Below are positions 50,080 to 60,717 of a stretch of DNA of 64,000 nucleotides, in pieces. Source of the stretch: an uncultured Chloroflexia bacterium (GTDB lineage Bacteria > Chloroflexota > UBA6077 > JACCZL01); the NCBI GenBank assembly GCA_963765765.1, contig CAVXYC010000027.1:185651-249650 (forward strand), read 5' to 3'. Position numbers and translations under genes: made by a program. The stretch's first letter is position 1; each line of letters begins with the position of its first letter. The notes below the pieces were generated by a model. The model was not told the DNA's origin, ran no database searches, and saw nothing but the letters and a program-made list of their open reading frames with translations.

Positions 50080-50184
50080 CGAAATGGCAGAAGGGCTTAC
50101 GGGTCGAAGTATCCGAACCATGCCTTCTGTTTACCTGTCAATTACTCGACAAAGAGGGCTGCCCGACGAATCACTCACCAATTG

Positions 50185-50937
50185 TTAGTCGAGGAGGAAC
50201 AACCGGCCGAATCCTTCGACTTTTTCGCGAATTCCGACTCTTCGAATGCCCGCCCACATCAGAGCCTGGGCGCTCGTCACCACCGGCACTCTCAGATCAC
50301 GCTCAAGATCGTCGATCACCCCGACGCTTGGTGTGCTGGCTTGGGTGAGCCAAATCCCATCAACGTCGGATGCGTTCTCTTCGTAGAGACTTCGGGCTTT
50401 GCGATATATCACTTCTAAGGGTAGCGAGCTGGCATGGCCAGCGTCGTTTGTAGCTTGCGCAGTCGCCACAATGTCGATTCCTGCGCCCTGCATATAGCTC
50501 TGCATATGGGCAATGATCTCTTCGCTGAACGCGTTGCCCACCATAACCACCGATTTCAGGCCCAGAGCCCGCATTGCTCTTACCGAGGCTCCCGCGTCGG
50601 TGATGAGAGGCACTGAGGTAACCTCTCGAATTCGCGCCAGGACCTCGTCCTCGTATCCCCACCCGTGGGTCACGATTGGAGGTACTCCTGCCTGGAGAAT
50701 CACATCCGCGCCACGCTCAGCGATCATGCGGATGGCCGGTTTCATATTGGCGACCGCACGGTCGTACTGGGCCTGGCCAAGTCCGGTCATTCCGAGTCCG
50801 GTAATAACAAGCTCAATCCCCTGCGGCGCCATCAGGTAGAACTCGTGAACATTCGTATCCGCGACGATCGATGGAAATACCATGCCGATTCGGGCGCGCC
50901 AGCCGTACGCGGCTCCCGGGGAATACCTAATGCCCAC
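50185..50937 (-). CDS. Maleate isomerase / arylmalonate decarboxylase-like protein, paralog B1
   Basis: YGWRARIG..FPS, EFY.MAP, LE.DL.VPVVTS.QA, GFGRLF. GTG start at 50937 (track start 50943). Confidence 0.85.
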   Translation of the reverse strand: MGIRYSPGAAYGWRARIGMVFPSIVADTNVHEFYLMAPQGIELVITGLGMTGLGQAQYDRAVANMKPAIRMIAERGADVILQAGVPPIVTHGWGYEDEVLARIREVTSVPLITDAGASVRAMRALGLKSVVMVGNAFSEEIIAHMQSYMQGAGIDIVATAQATNDAGHASSLPLEVIYRKARSLYEENASDVDGIWLTQASTPSVGVIDDLERDLRVPVVTSAQALMWAGIRRVGIREKVEGFGRLFLLD

Positions 50938-50991
50938 TCGCAACTCCCACTCTAGAAAAGTAGCGCCTTCAACTCTGACGGCGCAGAGGAT

Positions 50992-52052
50992 CTACGCGAG
51001 CGCGTAGAAATGCCGAGCGTTCTCACTCACGATCTTTGGCACGACGCCTGGCCGTAGCTTTCCGCTCCTCCCCCAGTCGACCACCACCTCATGGGCCTTG
51101 AGCTCACCGGATAGATCGCCATGCGCGTAATCCGTCCCGATCATGATGTTGTCCTCGGCGCCGTACTGATCCACAAGGCAGGCGACGTCGTCTTCGGTAT
51201 CGCATGTGACGAAAAACCGATGGTATTCAAGAATCCGGCTTTGAAATCAGGGATCGGGTATTTAGAAGATCCATCCCTCATGCCGAGCTGCTTGAGCAAC
51301 AGCGGAATCCACGACGCGCCCGCCTCGATGAAGCCGAAGCGCAAGGTGGGGAACCGTTCCGGAATCCGAGCCTGGGCCAGGGAGTGGAACGCGGCTAGCA
51401 CGTTGTAGAACTGCATCGATGCGCTCTCGCTTGCGTTCGAGACGTTGTTGCCGTCTCCAGTGTGGAAGCAGATAGGCATGTCGAGACGCTCTGCTTCCGC
51501 ATAGAGCGGGAAGAAGTAGGGGTCGCTTGCGGGGCGGTTGTATTCCACCCCCTTTTTCATGACAGCGCACGCACCATTGTGTCGTGCCCACTCCATGTCT
51601 TTGACCGCGCGATCCATCGTCAGCACTGGTGGAAGGTATGCCCAACGCAGCCGGCCGTTGGCACTGCTTGTTCTCGCTGCCAACCACCGATTGTAGGCTC
51701 CGTGCACGGCTATCTCGACTTCCGGCTCATCCGTGACCACGTGAATGAACATGGTGGGGTAAATGATCTGTACATCGAACCCCATCTCATCCATATGCTT
51801 CAGGCGAGCACCAACGTCTAACAGCTCTCGAGTCGCCTCAGTCGTTCCAGTCTGAACGTCGTCGCGATCACGCTTCAGCCGTAATTGCCCGGCCACCATC
51901 CAGAGTTTGTGCGGACGCTTATCGCGCGCCAGGAATCCCTTACCGTTCGGTGGCTCCAAGAGGTAAGGCTTATAGCGCGCTTCCTCTGGCAGCACGTAGT
52001 CCCATGTTTCGAGGGTTTCGTCCACATGAGCGTCGGCATCAATAAAGCCCAT
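50992..52052 (-). CDS. Amidohydrolase_2 family protein, frameshift near 51200
   Basis: IDADAH..E, PI.FH, FP.LRFGFIE.G..W; the C-terminal GTDY.H.D and ENA..FY lie in ORF 50992-51174. Confidence 0.85.
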
Positions 52053-52181
52053 TTCAGCTCACCTTAAATGGCAAGGAATGTCCGCGAGAATAGCACCGCC
52101 GGTTCACCGAGTCAATCGGATGCGCGATCACCTCGGACTCAGCAAGACAACTCCGCACGCCGCTGGAAATCGCCCAGCTTT

Positions 52182-52466
52182 TCAGCCGGATGCTGAGACA
52201 TCGGGCGCTACGGTTCCCTTCATTCGGAGAACGTATGTTTCGGGGGTGAGTCCAGCGATTCCGGCTCGCGCGAGTCGGCTTAGCAGATAACCATGCGCTC
52301 CAAGGTCGTGCAGAGTCCGAACGTCACCGCTAAGCAGCGCAGTTCGCTCGGCATCAGTGAGCACGAACTCCTGAAGTGCTGCCGCGGGATTGATCTTCAG
52401 GCGTTCTCGAAACTCCTCATCTCTACCAAGCTGCCGGCAGATCTTCAGTATTGAATAAACGCTCAT
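52182..52466 (-). CDS. LigA-like small subunit of an aromatic ring-opening dioxygenase
   Basis: FRE.....P......F.LT..ER.ALL.GDV..L..LGAH.YLL; directly downstream of the LigB-like gene. Confidence 0.75.
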   Translation of the reverse strand: MSVYSILKICRQLGRDEEFRERLKINPAAALQEFVLTDAERTALLSGDVRTLHDLGAHGYLLSRLARAGIAGLTPETYVLRMKGTVAPDVSASG

Positions 52467-52528
52467 GTGAGGCCCCTCGCGTTGTGTTGGGATGATCTTC
52501 CCTGCTTCCGAACGTGTCTGTCTGCTCA

Positions 52529-53353
52529 TCAGGCTAAGTGCCATGCGGCGTATGCATGCCCAGCATCAGACTGCTGCTCGAGGAAGCTGGGGCGGTGTTC
52601 GCCGATCGCACCTAACATGGCGATCCAATTGAGGAGCTCCCCGCCGACGTTTCCCGCTTTTACCAACCGATCGGTCGTCGCACGCGAAACCAAGTCCTTG
52701 GGAGCGGCGTGTTCTAGTGCCTCCATGATTGACTGGACCCATTCAGGGTCAGGGTAGCTGGTCATCTGTCCCGGAGCGCCCCGGATGCCGCCGATGTCCA
52801 ACGAAAAGCTGCCACTTCCAAGAACGCCAACTCGCATTGCTGAAGGCCATGATTCCACGGCGCTTCGTACCGCTCGTCCCAACGCATAACAGCGATCCGC
52901 CCTGGGTAACGGCTCCACAATACCTGCCAGAAAGATCGGGACGATGGGAGTCCGCATCTGCGGGAGGAGGAAATGGAGGGGAACCAGAAATGAGTGATCG
53001 AGATCAAATTCCTGGGCAACGCCGAGATCGAAAGACTGTCCGATACCCGTCGCGCGAATGTGAGCACCAAGCTCTGCATCAACGGGCACAACATAGCTCG
53101 GCATTCGAGTCTGGTCATTGGGCCCGGCCGCCTGGTCAGTGATACCCACGCTCAGGAGCGGCAGATTGTCCAGGAAGAAGGTGTTCATGTGATCAGAGCT
53201 AAAGCAGACGAGCACGTCCAGCTCCGATTTCGTCACGCGATCGGCTACGGCGTCATAGAGCTGGGCAACCTCCAAATGCGGACCTTCTCGACGCACCAAG
53301 TCGGGATAGTTCGGATTGTGTGGTACACCAAACCCGGCAACGATCTGGGCCAT
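52529..53353 (-). CDS. LigB-like extradiol dioxygenase catalytic subunit
   Basis: G.PH.P, DH.NTFFLDN.P, LDH...VPL and GELLNWIA motifs. Confidence 0.85.
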   Translation of the reverse strand: MAQIVAGFGVPHNPNYPDLVRREGPHLEVAQLYDAVADRVTKSELDVLVCFSSDHMNTFFLDNLPLLSVGITDQAAGPNDQTRMPSYVVPVDAELGAHIRATGIGQSFDLGVAQEFDLDHSFLVPLHFLLPQMRTPIVPIFLAGIVEPLPRADRCYALGRAVRSAVESWPSAMRVGVLGSGSFSLDIGGIRGAPGQMTSYPDPEWVQSIMEALEHAAPKDLVSRATTDRLVKAGNVGGELLNWIAMLGAIGEHRPSFLEQQSDAGHAYAAWHLA

Positions 53354-53833
53354 TCTCAGACCTACCTCAAACACCAGTGGTTGTTGCTGTGCTAAGTATG
53401 TGCCACGCGGGCCCCGGTGAGATCGCCCTGATGAAGTCGCTGGACTCGCCTAAGTCTCCGGTCCGCCGCACGCAACGTCCATTAATTCCCGCTCATCCAC
53501 TAGTTGACGCGCTCAGCAGCACCACCCAATAGTACCTCCAGCGCTGACAGGCATTCTGCCTCAATCTGCGAACGATCTCTCCATCCTGCTGCTGGGCAGG
53601 TTGCCAATCACTCGGTTAACCCGTCCTGCAATGGAGGCGTCGGGAATAACGCAATCTCAGATTGTCGGGTTCTGAGGCAGTCGAACGTGGGGTGTATGAT
53701 TTGGATTCAGAAAAGTCCCGACCGGTCTCGACTGCATTCGATCGGGGTTAACGCGCGACCTACGTAATAGCGATAGTTCGTCGGCCTCCCGCGGGCGGGC
53801 CAAACGACACGCTCGTTGCGACCAAAGGCGATC

Positions 53834-54949
53834 ATGACGATTTCTGACCACTGGCAAACGATTCCCGACATTGTTCAGGCCGCTCGGGCTGCTATGCCGT
53901 CGCCCCTCTGGCAGTTCTCCGGTAGTGGTCCCGAATCGGAAATTAGCCTGAGACGGAATCGCGCTGCGTACGATCGCCTCGCGTTGCTCCCTCGCTTGTT
54001 ACGCGATGTAAGTTCGAGGGATCTCTCGACGACGGTGCTTGGCCATCGTTTGACTCTGCCCGTGATGCTGGCTCCGATCGGTTTGATCCAGCTATTCCAT
54101 CCGGACGGCGCGGTGGCGCAAGCGAGGGTTGCAGACCGTGCCGGCACGATCACCTTTATAGGGACCAATTCTGAGCCCGGACTCGAGGACGTTCGTGCTG
54201 CTTGCCGAGGGCCTATCGTCTTCCAGCTTTATACCTATGGTGATCGCGATTGGATTCGTAGATTTGTGCAACGCGTGGAAAACGCTGGGTATGATGCGAT
54301 CTGTCTTACCGTTGACTGCCCCGACGCGGGCCTGAGAGATCGCTATCTTCAGAACGATTTCGAGGATCGTGCACGAGGCGGCAAACGTCCGAACGTTGAA
54401 CCCATGCCAACTGTGGTGAATCGCTCAGAACAAAACGACTATCTCCGACGATTTACCTGGGACGATCTAGCCTGGCTCCGTGAAAACACGCGCTTACCAC
54501 TGATCCTCAAGGGAATCCTTTCACAACATGACGCCAAACTCGCCGTGGAGCACGGCGTCAACGTGATCCATGTGTCCAATCATGGAGGAAGGCGACAAGA
54601 CCAGCTACCTGCGACGCTGGACGTGCTTCCTTCAATAGTCAGAGCCGTAGACAGTCGTGCCGAGATCATCTTCGACGGCGGAATCATGCGCGGCACGGAT
54701 GTAGTTAAGGCATTGGCTCTAGGGGCTCAATCAGTTCTGATTGGCAAATTGATGATGTGGGCACTCGGCGCTGGGGGCGATGAGGGGCTGTGTCGGGCGC
54801 TCGAAATCCTCTCCAGGGAGATCGGCGCTACGATGGCGAACGTTGGAGCCGCGACCATCTCAGATCTCACCCCAGATATGGTCATTCCCAGTTTCGATCC
54901 ACCCATCACACCGTGGCCTGTGGAACCGATGTCGCTGCGCGAGGCCTAG
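53834..54949 (+). CDS. FMN-dependent alpha-hydroxy-acid oxidase/dehydrogenase
   Basis: PR.LRDV, FQLY, LTVD, ILKGI, VSNHGGR, DGGI..GTDV.KALALGA. Confidence 0.9.
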   Translation: MTISDHWQTIPDIVQAARAAMPSPLWQFSGSGPESEISLRRNRAAYDRLALLPRLLRDVSSRDLSTTVLGHRLTLPVMLAPIGLIQLFHPDGAVAQARVADRAGTITFIGTNSEPGLEDVRAACRGPIVFQLYTYGDRDWIRRFVQRVENAGYDAICLTVDCPDAGLRDRYLQNDFEDRARGGKRPNVEPMPTVVNRSEQNDYLRRFTWDDLAWLRENTRLPLILKGILSQHDAKLAVEHGVNVIHVSNHGGRRQDQLPATLDVLPSIVRAVDSRAEIIFDGGIMRGTDVVKALALGAQSVLIGKLMMWALGAGGDEGLCRALEILSREIGATMANVGAATISDLTPDMVIPSFDPPITPWPVEPMSLREA

Positions 54950-54960
54950 TGCACCGGATC

Positions 54961-55728
54961 CTACCCGGCCGCTGACTCCCTAGCAAACAGGCGGCCGAAT
55001 CCTTGAATAGGTTCGTGAATACCGGCGGTCCGCAAGCCGGCCCAGGCCAGCGCTTGAGCGCTCGTAACCACTGGTACACCAAGATCTTCCTCAAGGGCTT
55101 CAATGACACCCACGCTCGGGATATTGGCTTGCGTCAGCCAGATGCCGTCAGCCTGGCCCCTGTGTTCCTGATAAAGCTGCCTCGCGCCCCGAAAAACAAC
55201 TTCCAACGGCGCGCAGCCTGCGCTGGGCGAGCGGACATTCGCTAGCTGACTATTCGCGACAAGCTCGATCCCCGCTGACTGGAGATACCGGCGGACGTGA
55301 TCGACGAGCTCAGGGCTGTAGGAGTTGCCCATCATTACGATTCGTCGAAGCCCTACCGTGCGCATCGCTTTGATTGAGGCCCCAACGTCGGTGATGAATG
55401 GAATTGACGTTAGCTTGGCGACCCGTGTGCGGACCTCGTCTTCGAAACCCCATCCATGCGTCACGATCGGGGGCACCCCCGCCTGAAGTATGACATCGGC
55501 GCCATGTTCCACTACTCGGGCAACACATTCGTCGACCGCGGCGATCGCTCGGTCATACCCCTCCTGATTCGTGACGGTGAGACCCAACGATGACAAAATG
55601 AGCGTTACTCCCGGCGGTGCCATCAGATAAAACTCGTGGATGTTGGTGTCCGCAACGACTGGTGGGACGAGTAGAGCCACTCGAGCACGCCAGCCGTATG
55701 AAGCGCCCTGGGAGTACGGGATCCCCAT
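54961..55728 (-). CDS. Maleate isomerase / arylmalonate decarboxylase-like protein, paralog B2
   Basis: GASYGWRARV, VADTN.HEFYLMAP, QAGVPPIVTHGWG, LE.DLGVPVVTSAQA; RBS AGGAGGA. Confidence 0.85.
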   Translation of the reverse strand: MGIPYSQGASYGWRARVALLVPPVVADTNIHEFYLMAPPGVTLILSSLGLTVTNQEGYDRAIAAVDECVARVVEHGADVILQAGVPPIVTHGWGFEDEVRTRVAKLTSIPFITDVGASIKAMRTVGLRRIVMMGNSYSPELVDHVRRYLQSAGIELVANSQLANVRSPSAGCAPLEVVFRGARQLYQEHRGQADGIWLTQANIPSVGVIEALEEDLGVPVVTSAQALAWAGLRTAGIHEPIQGFGRLFARESAAG

Positions 55729-56717
55729 CTGTTCCTCCTGCATGTCCCGTGATTCCTCTTCGCCCGTTGGTCGTCTGTATCGTCACGGCCTCGCAGCTTC
55801 GGGTCCAGAATATCTCGGATTGAGTCGCCCAGAAAGTTGAAAGCGAGGACCGTGACGCTCAAAGCGACCGCTGGAGAGAGTAGGAGCCAGGGAGCAACCA
55901 ACATGTATTGCCGCCCATCAGCGGTCAGCATTCCGCCCCAGGTGGCCAGAGGCGGCGGCGCCGCGAGCCCCAGAAAGCTCAGCGTGGACTCCGTAACGAT
56001 CGCGGCCCCAATGCTCGTCGAGAACACGATCGTGGTTGTCGCCACGATATTGGGCAGGATGTGCTGAATGAGAATCCGAAGGTCTCTGGCACCTACCGTT
56101 CGTGCTGATTCGATGTACTGCTCCTGCCTTACCGAGAACACGTCGCTCCGAATGATCCGATTCGCCCGTGGAATCTGAGTGATTCCGATTGCGAGCGCCG
56201 TCACGCTTAAGTCCTTGCCAAATATCGCCACCAACATCATCGCGAGGATGAGCGTTGGGATTGCCTGCATGGAATCGGTGATCCGCTGAACGACCAGGTC
56301 CAGAGCGCCGCCACGATACCCGCAAATAATGCCCAGGATCAGCCCTCCCAGGGTCCCTACAAGCACTGCGCCCACTCCAACGCCAAGCGAGATTCGTGCG
56401 CCGAAGATAAGTCGACTGAGCACGTCACGACCTTGACCATCGGTGCCTAACCAGTGGACCATACCTGCTTGATCCACAAATCCTGGCGGTTGCAGCGAAT
56501 CCCTGATCGATTGTTTGAGCGGATCCTGCGGCGCCACAGCCTCCGCAAACAGCGCGCAGAACAAAACCACCAGAAGCACGCAGGAGGAGGCTGCCCCAAG
56601 AGGTTGGTCCTTCAGGATCCGCCAGGCCGCCGACCGCTTCTTGGGACCGACCCGGACCGGAACGGGAAGAGCTGATGGCAGAGCAAGCTCGTGCGCCTGA
56701 CCTTGGGCTTGAACCAT
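55623..56717 (-). CDS. ABC transporter permease, DppC/OppC type
   Basis: HWLGTD.QGRD.LSRLI.GARISL, EAA loop (ESAR.VGA), E..LSFLG, WG.ML. The true end is probably near 55780 (DPKLRG), extended by an indel. Confidence 0.88.
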   Translation of the reverse strand: MVQAQGQAHELALPSALPVPVRVGPKKRSAAWRILKDQPLGAASSCVLLVVLFCALFAEAVAPQDPLKQSIRDSLQPPGFVDQAGMVHWLGTDGQGRDVLSRLIFGARISLGVGVGAVLVGTLGGLILGIICGYRGGALDLVVQRITDSMQAIPTLILAMMLVAIFGKDLSVTALAIGITQIPRANRIIRSDVFSVRQEQYIESARTVGARDLRILIQHILPNIVATTTIVFSTSIGAAIVTESTLSFLGLAAPPPLATWGGMLTADGRQYMLVAPWLLLSPAVALSVTVLAFNFLGDSIRDILDPKLRGRDDTDDQRAKRNHGTCRRNRWGSRTPRALHTAGVLEWLYSSHQSLRTPTSTSFI

Positions 56718-56788
56718 TCGAACTACCTGGCGCGGGACATTAGTCTTGCCAATGACCTCGGATTGATACGTCTGTCACGATGCATGAT

Positions 56789-57745
56789 CTATCGATATTG
56801 AATTCGCGGATCCAGCCACACGTAGCTGATGTCCACTAGCAGATTGACGAGCAGGTAGACGATAAGCAGGTAGATGACACATGCCAGGGTCTGCGGAAAG
56901 TCACCGCGAAGAATTGACGTGAGCGTGAGCTGCCCCAGTCCGGGCAGCGAGTAGATTTGTTCGACGACGACGCTCCCTCCCAGGGTCGCTCCGAGTTGAG
57001 TACCGAGCACGGTCACCGCTGGAATCAAGGCGTTCCGAAATGCGTGTCCGTAGACAACGCGCCCCACTACCAGCCCTTTCGCACGCGCGGTTCGAACATA
57101 GTCGTTGCGGAACACTTCAAGCATGGACGATCGGAGAATCCGAACCTTTGTTGCGCTGACCGAGGCCGCGAGCGCCAGGAGCGGCAGCGATATCTGCGTG
57201 AGGTGCTTCCCAAGGTTCTCCCAGGGCGCAGCATATCCAATAGGTGGGGCCCATCCCCATAACATTGCTGGTCCCAGGAGCAGGACCGTCGCGATCACGA
57301 AATTCGGGATAGATAGGCCGATCACGGCGATGAATCGCGAAGCGTAGTCGAACCAGCTGCCCCGGTTGGCAGCTGATATGACGCCCAGTGGGACACCAAT
57401 GGCAACAGCGATGATCATCGCGAAAAGCGTAATCTCGAATGTGACTGGCAGGGTTTCGACGATGTGCTGAACGACTGGCCGCCCCGATCCCCAGGATGTT
57501 CCGAGGTCACCTCGTACGGCACCCCACAGCCAGGTCACATACTGAATATGAATTGGCTTATCGAGGCCGAACTCCTGGCGCAGTCGTTCCCGCACCACCG
57601 GATCGTGCGCACCAGGACTGTTAAGGAGCTTCTCCTCAATGATGTCCACCGGCGCATACAGGCGGAGTGAGAAGAAAATGATGGCGGAGGCACCCAGCAA
57701 CACAGGGAACAGCGCCAGCACACGCCTGATGCAGTACTCAGCCAT
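56789..57745 (-). CDS. ABC transporter permease, DppB/OppB type
   Basis: GLDKP...QY, GDLG.S, DYVRTARAKG, HA.RNALIP, LDPRI. Confidence 0.92.
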   Translation of the reverse strand: MAEYCIRRVLALFPVLLGASAIIFFSLRLYAPVDIIEEKLLNSPGAHDPVVRERLRQEFGLDKPIHIQYVTWLWGAVRGDLGTSWGSGRPVVQHIVETLPVTFEITLFAMIIAVAIGVPLGVISAANRGSWFDYASRFIAVIGLSIPNFVIATVLLLGPAMLWGWAPPIGYAAPWENLGKHLTQISLPLLALAASVSATKVRILRSSMLEVFRNDYVRTARAKGLVVGRVVYGHAFRNALIPAVTVLGTQLGATLGGSVVVEQIYSLPGLGQLTLTSILRGDFPQTLACVIYLLIVYLLVNLLVDISYVWLDPRIQYR

Positions 57746-57770
57746 CAGAGATTATCACGACCCGTAAGGG

Positions 57771-59483
57771 CTACCCTCGCCGCAGTCGGGGACCACCTAG
57801 CACTGTGATTCGTCGAGCCATCGCCTCGCTTATCCCGATGGCGGCAGCCGATGGATGGGTCGGCGGCATGTTGGCCACGCGGCAAGAGTAGAAGTGGTAG
57901 TAGATGAAGCTTATCGCCGGTATGTAGGGCATGCTTTCGAACATGCGATCCTGCGCGTCTCCGATAAGCTGCTTGCGCTTCGACGGATCTAGTTCTCGGC
58001 GCTGGCTCTCGATCAACCTGTCGAGCTGCGGGTCGCTAAACCCTGTCCAGTTGCGGCTGTCGCCTGTGTAGGCCGTCCTGAGCCATCGATCCACAAACAC
58101 CGACGATGGTGATTGGCCGGTCCACGCGGCTTCCCACTCCGGCTTTTCGAAGATGAGGGATGTGCTCGCCGGTCCCTGATCCACGAGCCCCACATCTATA
58201 CCTGCAGCCAGAAGCTGCTGCTGTACCACCACTGCGTCGTTGATAAATCGGCTTCCCGTGGTGATCGTAAACTTCAACTCGCCGGGCCCAAACCCAGCGT
58301 CAGCAAGGAGCTTCTGAGCCTCCGCGCGATCTGTCTTGAACTTTTCTCGAATCTGGGGCTCCGACCAGGCCGCATCGCCCGTCGCCAATGGCAGGAATCC
58401 CGAGATTACGGCCCCGCCACGGTTATTTGCGATTAACTCATCTCGATCAATGGCAAGCGAAATCGCCTTCCGAACACGCACATCGTCGAAGGGCTTCTTG
58501 CGATGGTTCACCCACAGACTGATGGGGTTGGCGGCAACATCATCAAACTTCTGTGTCTTCGGATTCCCTTGCTTGATCGCGTCTGCTTCCAACTTTCGGA
58601 ATCCGACGTTCATGTTCAAGTCCAATTGGGCGGACCGTGCAGCCGCTACCTCGGCCGTGTAGTCTCCAAAGTTCACCGTGTGAATTTCATCGATATATGG
58701 CACCGGCCCTCTCCATTCTGGATTCCGTTCCACTATGACCATCTGGCCCGGCTTGAAGTCCTTGAGCATATAGGGCCCGGTTCCAATTGCCACAGTCTTA
58801 AAGTCGCCGAATTGCTCCTTCACTTCTCGAGGAGCAATCACATTGACGTCATCGCCAAGCTTTCCTAGAAATTCCGCATCTGGCTCCGGGAGCCGTAGCA
58901 CTACCGTGTAGGGGTCAGGTTCTTCGTGACTCACTGACGTCCAATACGAACGTAACTGGCCCGCCGCCTTCTGATACTCAATGGTCCATGCAACATCCGC
59001 TGATGTAAACGGCCGACCATTAACGGGCGGCTTGTTATGCCAGCGCGCGTCGTCGCGAAGATGCAGGGTCCAGGTAAGTCCGTCTGCTGATACATCCCAT
59101 GATTTGGCAAGACTCGGCACCATGGCCGTGTCCTGGTAGTAGCAAGCTCGTGGGCGGACGAGCGTTTCATACACCTGAGAGATCGTTTGAATGGATTGGC
59201 CGCCGCCAGTGACCAAGTCGAGGTTGGGTAAAGCACCCTGACCCTGTCCACCTGTGCGAATGAACTGTCCACCTCGCTTTGGTGTGCCAGATGAGCGCCA
59301 GTGTTCCTTGCCCGGCTCGCATTGGAAGCCGGATGGATCTTGTTGCACGTCCTTCGGGGCGGGAGCACTGGCAGTCGTTGACTGGCCGGTGGCCGACGGT
59401 CGGCTCGCAGGCGCGCAACTCAATAAGAGGCCTGCGCTGAGGACAAGTGGCATCAGTAAAGCGAGCGTCCGACGGTGCGTCAT
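57771..59483 (-). CDS. ABC transporter substrate-binding lipoprotein, family 5
   Basis: Lipobox LLSC, LAKSW, WHNKPPVNGR.FT..DV, IGTGPY, DVRVRKAISLAIDR. Start taken at MTHRR. Confidence 0.9.
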   Translation of the reverse strand: MTHRRTLALLMPLVLSAGLLLSCAPASRPSATGQSTTASAPAPKDVQQDPSGFQCEPGKEHWRSSGTPKRGGQFIRTGGQGQGALPNLDLVTGGGQSIQTISQVYETLVRPRACYYQDTAMVPSLAKSWDVSADGLTWTLHLRDDARWHNKPPVNGRPFTSADVAWTIEYQKAAGQLRSYWTSVSHEEPDPYTVVLRLPEPDAEFLGKLGDDVNVIAPREVKEQFGDFKTVAIGTGPYMLKDFKPGQMVIVERNPEWRGPVPYIDEIHTVNFGDYTAEVAAARSAQLDLNMNVGFRKLEADAIKQGNPKTQKFDDVAANPISLWVNHRKKPFDDVRVRKAISLAIDRDELIANNRGGAVISGFLPLATGDAAWSEPQIREKFKTDRAEAQKLLADAGFGPGELKFTITTGSRFINDAVVVQQQLLAAGIDVGLVDQGPASTSLIFEKPEWEAAWTGQSPSSVFVDRWLRTAYTGDSRNWTGFSDPQLDRLIESQRRELDPSKRKQLIGDAQDRMFESMPYIPAISFIYYHFYSCRVANMPPTHPSAAAIGISEAMARRITVLGGPRLRRG

Positions 59484-59752
59484 TCTACGCAGTCCTCCAA
59501 ACTCATTCACCAGGTGGACGCTGGCGAACGTACCACCGCCCATTCCGCCTGTCAAGAAATTCAAATTGTTTCAGTAACCGTGAAGGAATCTCCGTGAATA
59601 CTCCCAACAGTCCGATGCCCCCGATGAATGTCGCGACAAAGCTCGACAGGTCAACCGCTCCACATCAATAATGGGAGCGCATTTAGGCCACGGACCTTCT
59701 GCTGTGCTTCAGACGGCGGAGGGGCGTGCTCAAGCTTTGAGGAGCCACGATC

Positions 59753-60547
59753 ATGCCTACCGCACCTGCCCCCGGGGCGAGCTACGGCTGGAGAGCGTCA
59801 GTAGGGGTCATCATCCCTGGCCGCGTCTCCGACACGAATGCCTATGAGTTCTATGCGATGGCGCCGCCTGGCGTGATCATGGTCCACACGACCTTGGATG
59901 TGGGCGGCTCCAGCCAGGAACACTATGACCGGGCGATTGGGAACGCGGAAACAGCGGTGCGTGGGCTTGTTGAGCGAGGCGTTGATGCCATCGTTCAGGC
60001 GGGAGTACCGCCAATCGTCTCGCACGGTTGGGGGTTCGAAGCGGAAGTCCTCTCCAAGATAAAGCGGGTAACGACCGTTCCTATGATCACGGACATCGGG
60101 GCATGCGTTGAGGGCATGCAAAAACTTCAGATGGGTCGAGTTGCCATGTTGACCGGCTTCAACCCAGACAGATATGGGAGCGAGATTCATGATCAGCTCA
60201 TGAGTTACGTGGCGAACGCTGGGATCGAGGTAGTGGCCGACGATGCCGTGAGGACCACGCCACCTGAAGCCGTCCGACATGCGCCTCTCGCCGTTCCTTA
60301 CCGGGCTGCAAAAGAGCTCTTTCGAAAGGCCGGGTCGGTGGATGGGGTCTGGATCACAGGCGCTTTCATGCCCAGTGCCGGCATGATCGCCGCACTCGAA
60401 GATGATTTAGGTGCACCGGTAGTGGCCAGTATGCAAGCGCTGACATGGATCGGCCTACGCATGGCGGGCATACGGGACCGAGTCCAAGGATTCGGGCGGC
60501 TTTTCCAAGAGGATTGGCCACCCACCTCGCGGTTCTTTCAAGGCTGA
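59753..60547 (+). CDS. Maleate isomerase / arylmalonate decarboxylase-like protein, paralog A2
   Basis: Closely similar to 49282-50079, including LTGFNP.RYG, APLAVPYRAAK and the terminal WPP.SRFFQG. Confidence 0.85.
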   Translation: MPTAPAPGASYGWRASVGVIIPGRVSDTNAYEFYAMAPPGVIMVHTTLDVGGSSQEHYDRAIGNAETAVRGLVERGVDAIVQAGVPPIVSHGWGFEAEVLSKIKRVTTVPMITDIGACVEGMQKLQMGRVAMLTGFNPDRYGSEIHDQLMSYVANAGIEVVADDAVRTTPPEAVRHAPLAVPYRAAKELFRKAGSVDGVWITGAFMPSAGMIAALEDDLGAPVVASMQALTWIGLRMAGIRDRVQGFGRLFQEDWPPTSRFFQG

Positions 60548-60717
60548 CAGTGCCTGCCGCCCAGCCATCATGCCCACCTGCAGCGGTGATTCGATGGTAT
60601 TCCGCCAGAACACAATGACTGGAGATTGTTTGCAGCGATTCCAATCAATCTTCGAGTGAGTATCGATGGACAACTCGGAAGTAACGCAAAGGTCGAATTG
60701 ATCTGAGGGGAGGGACG

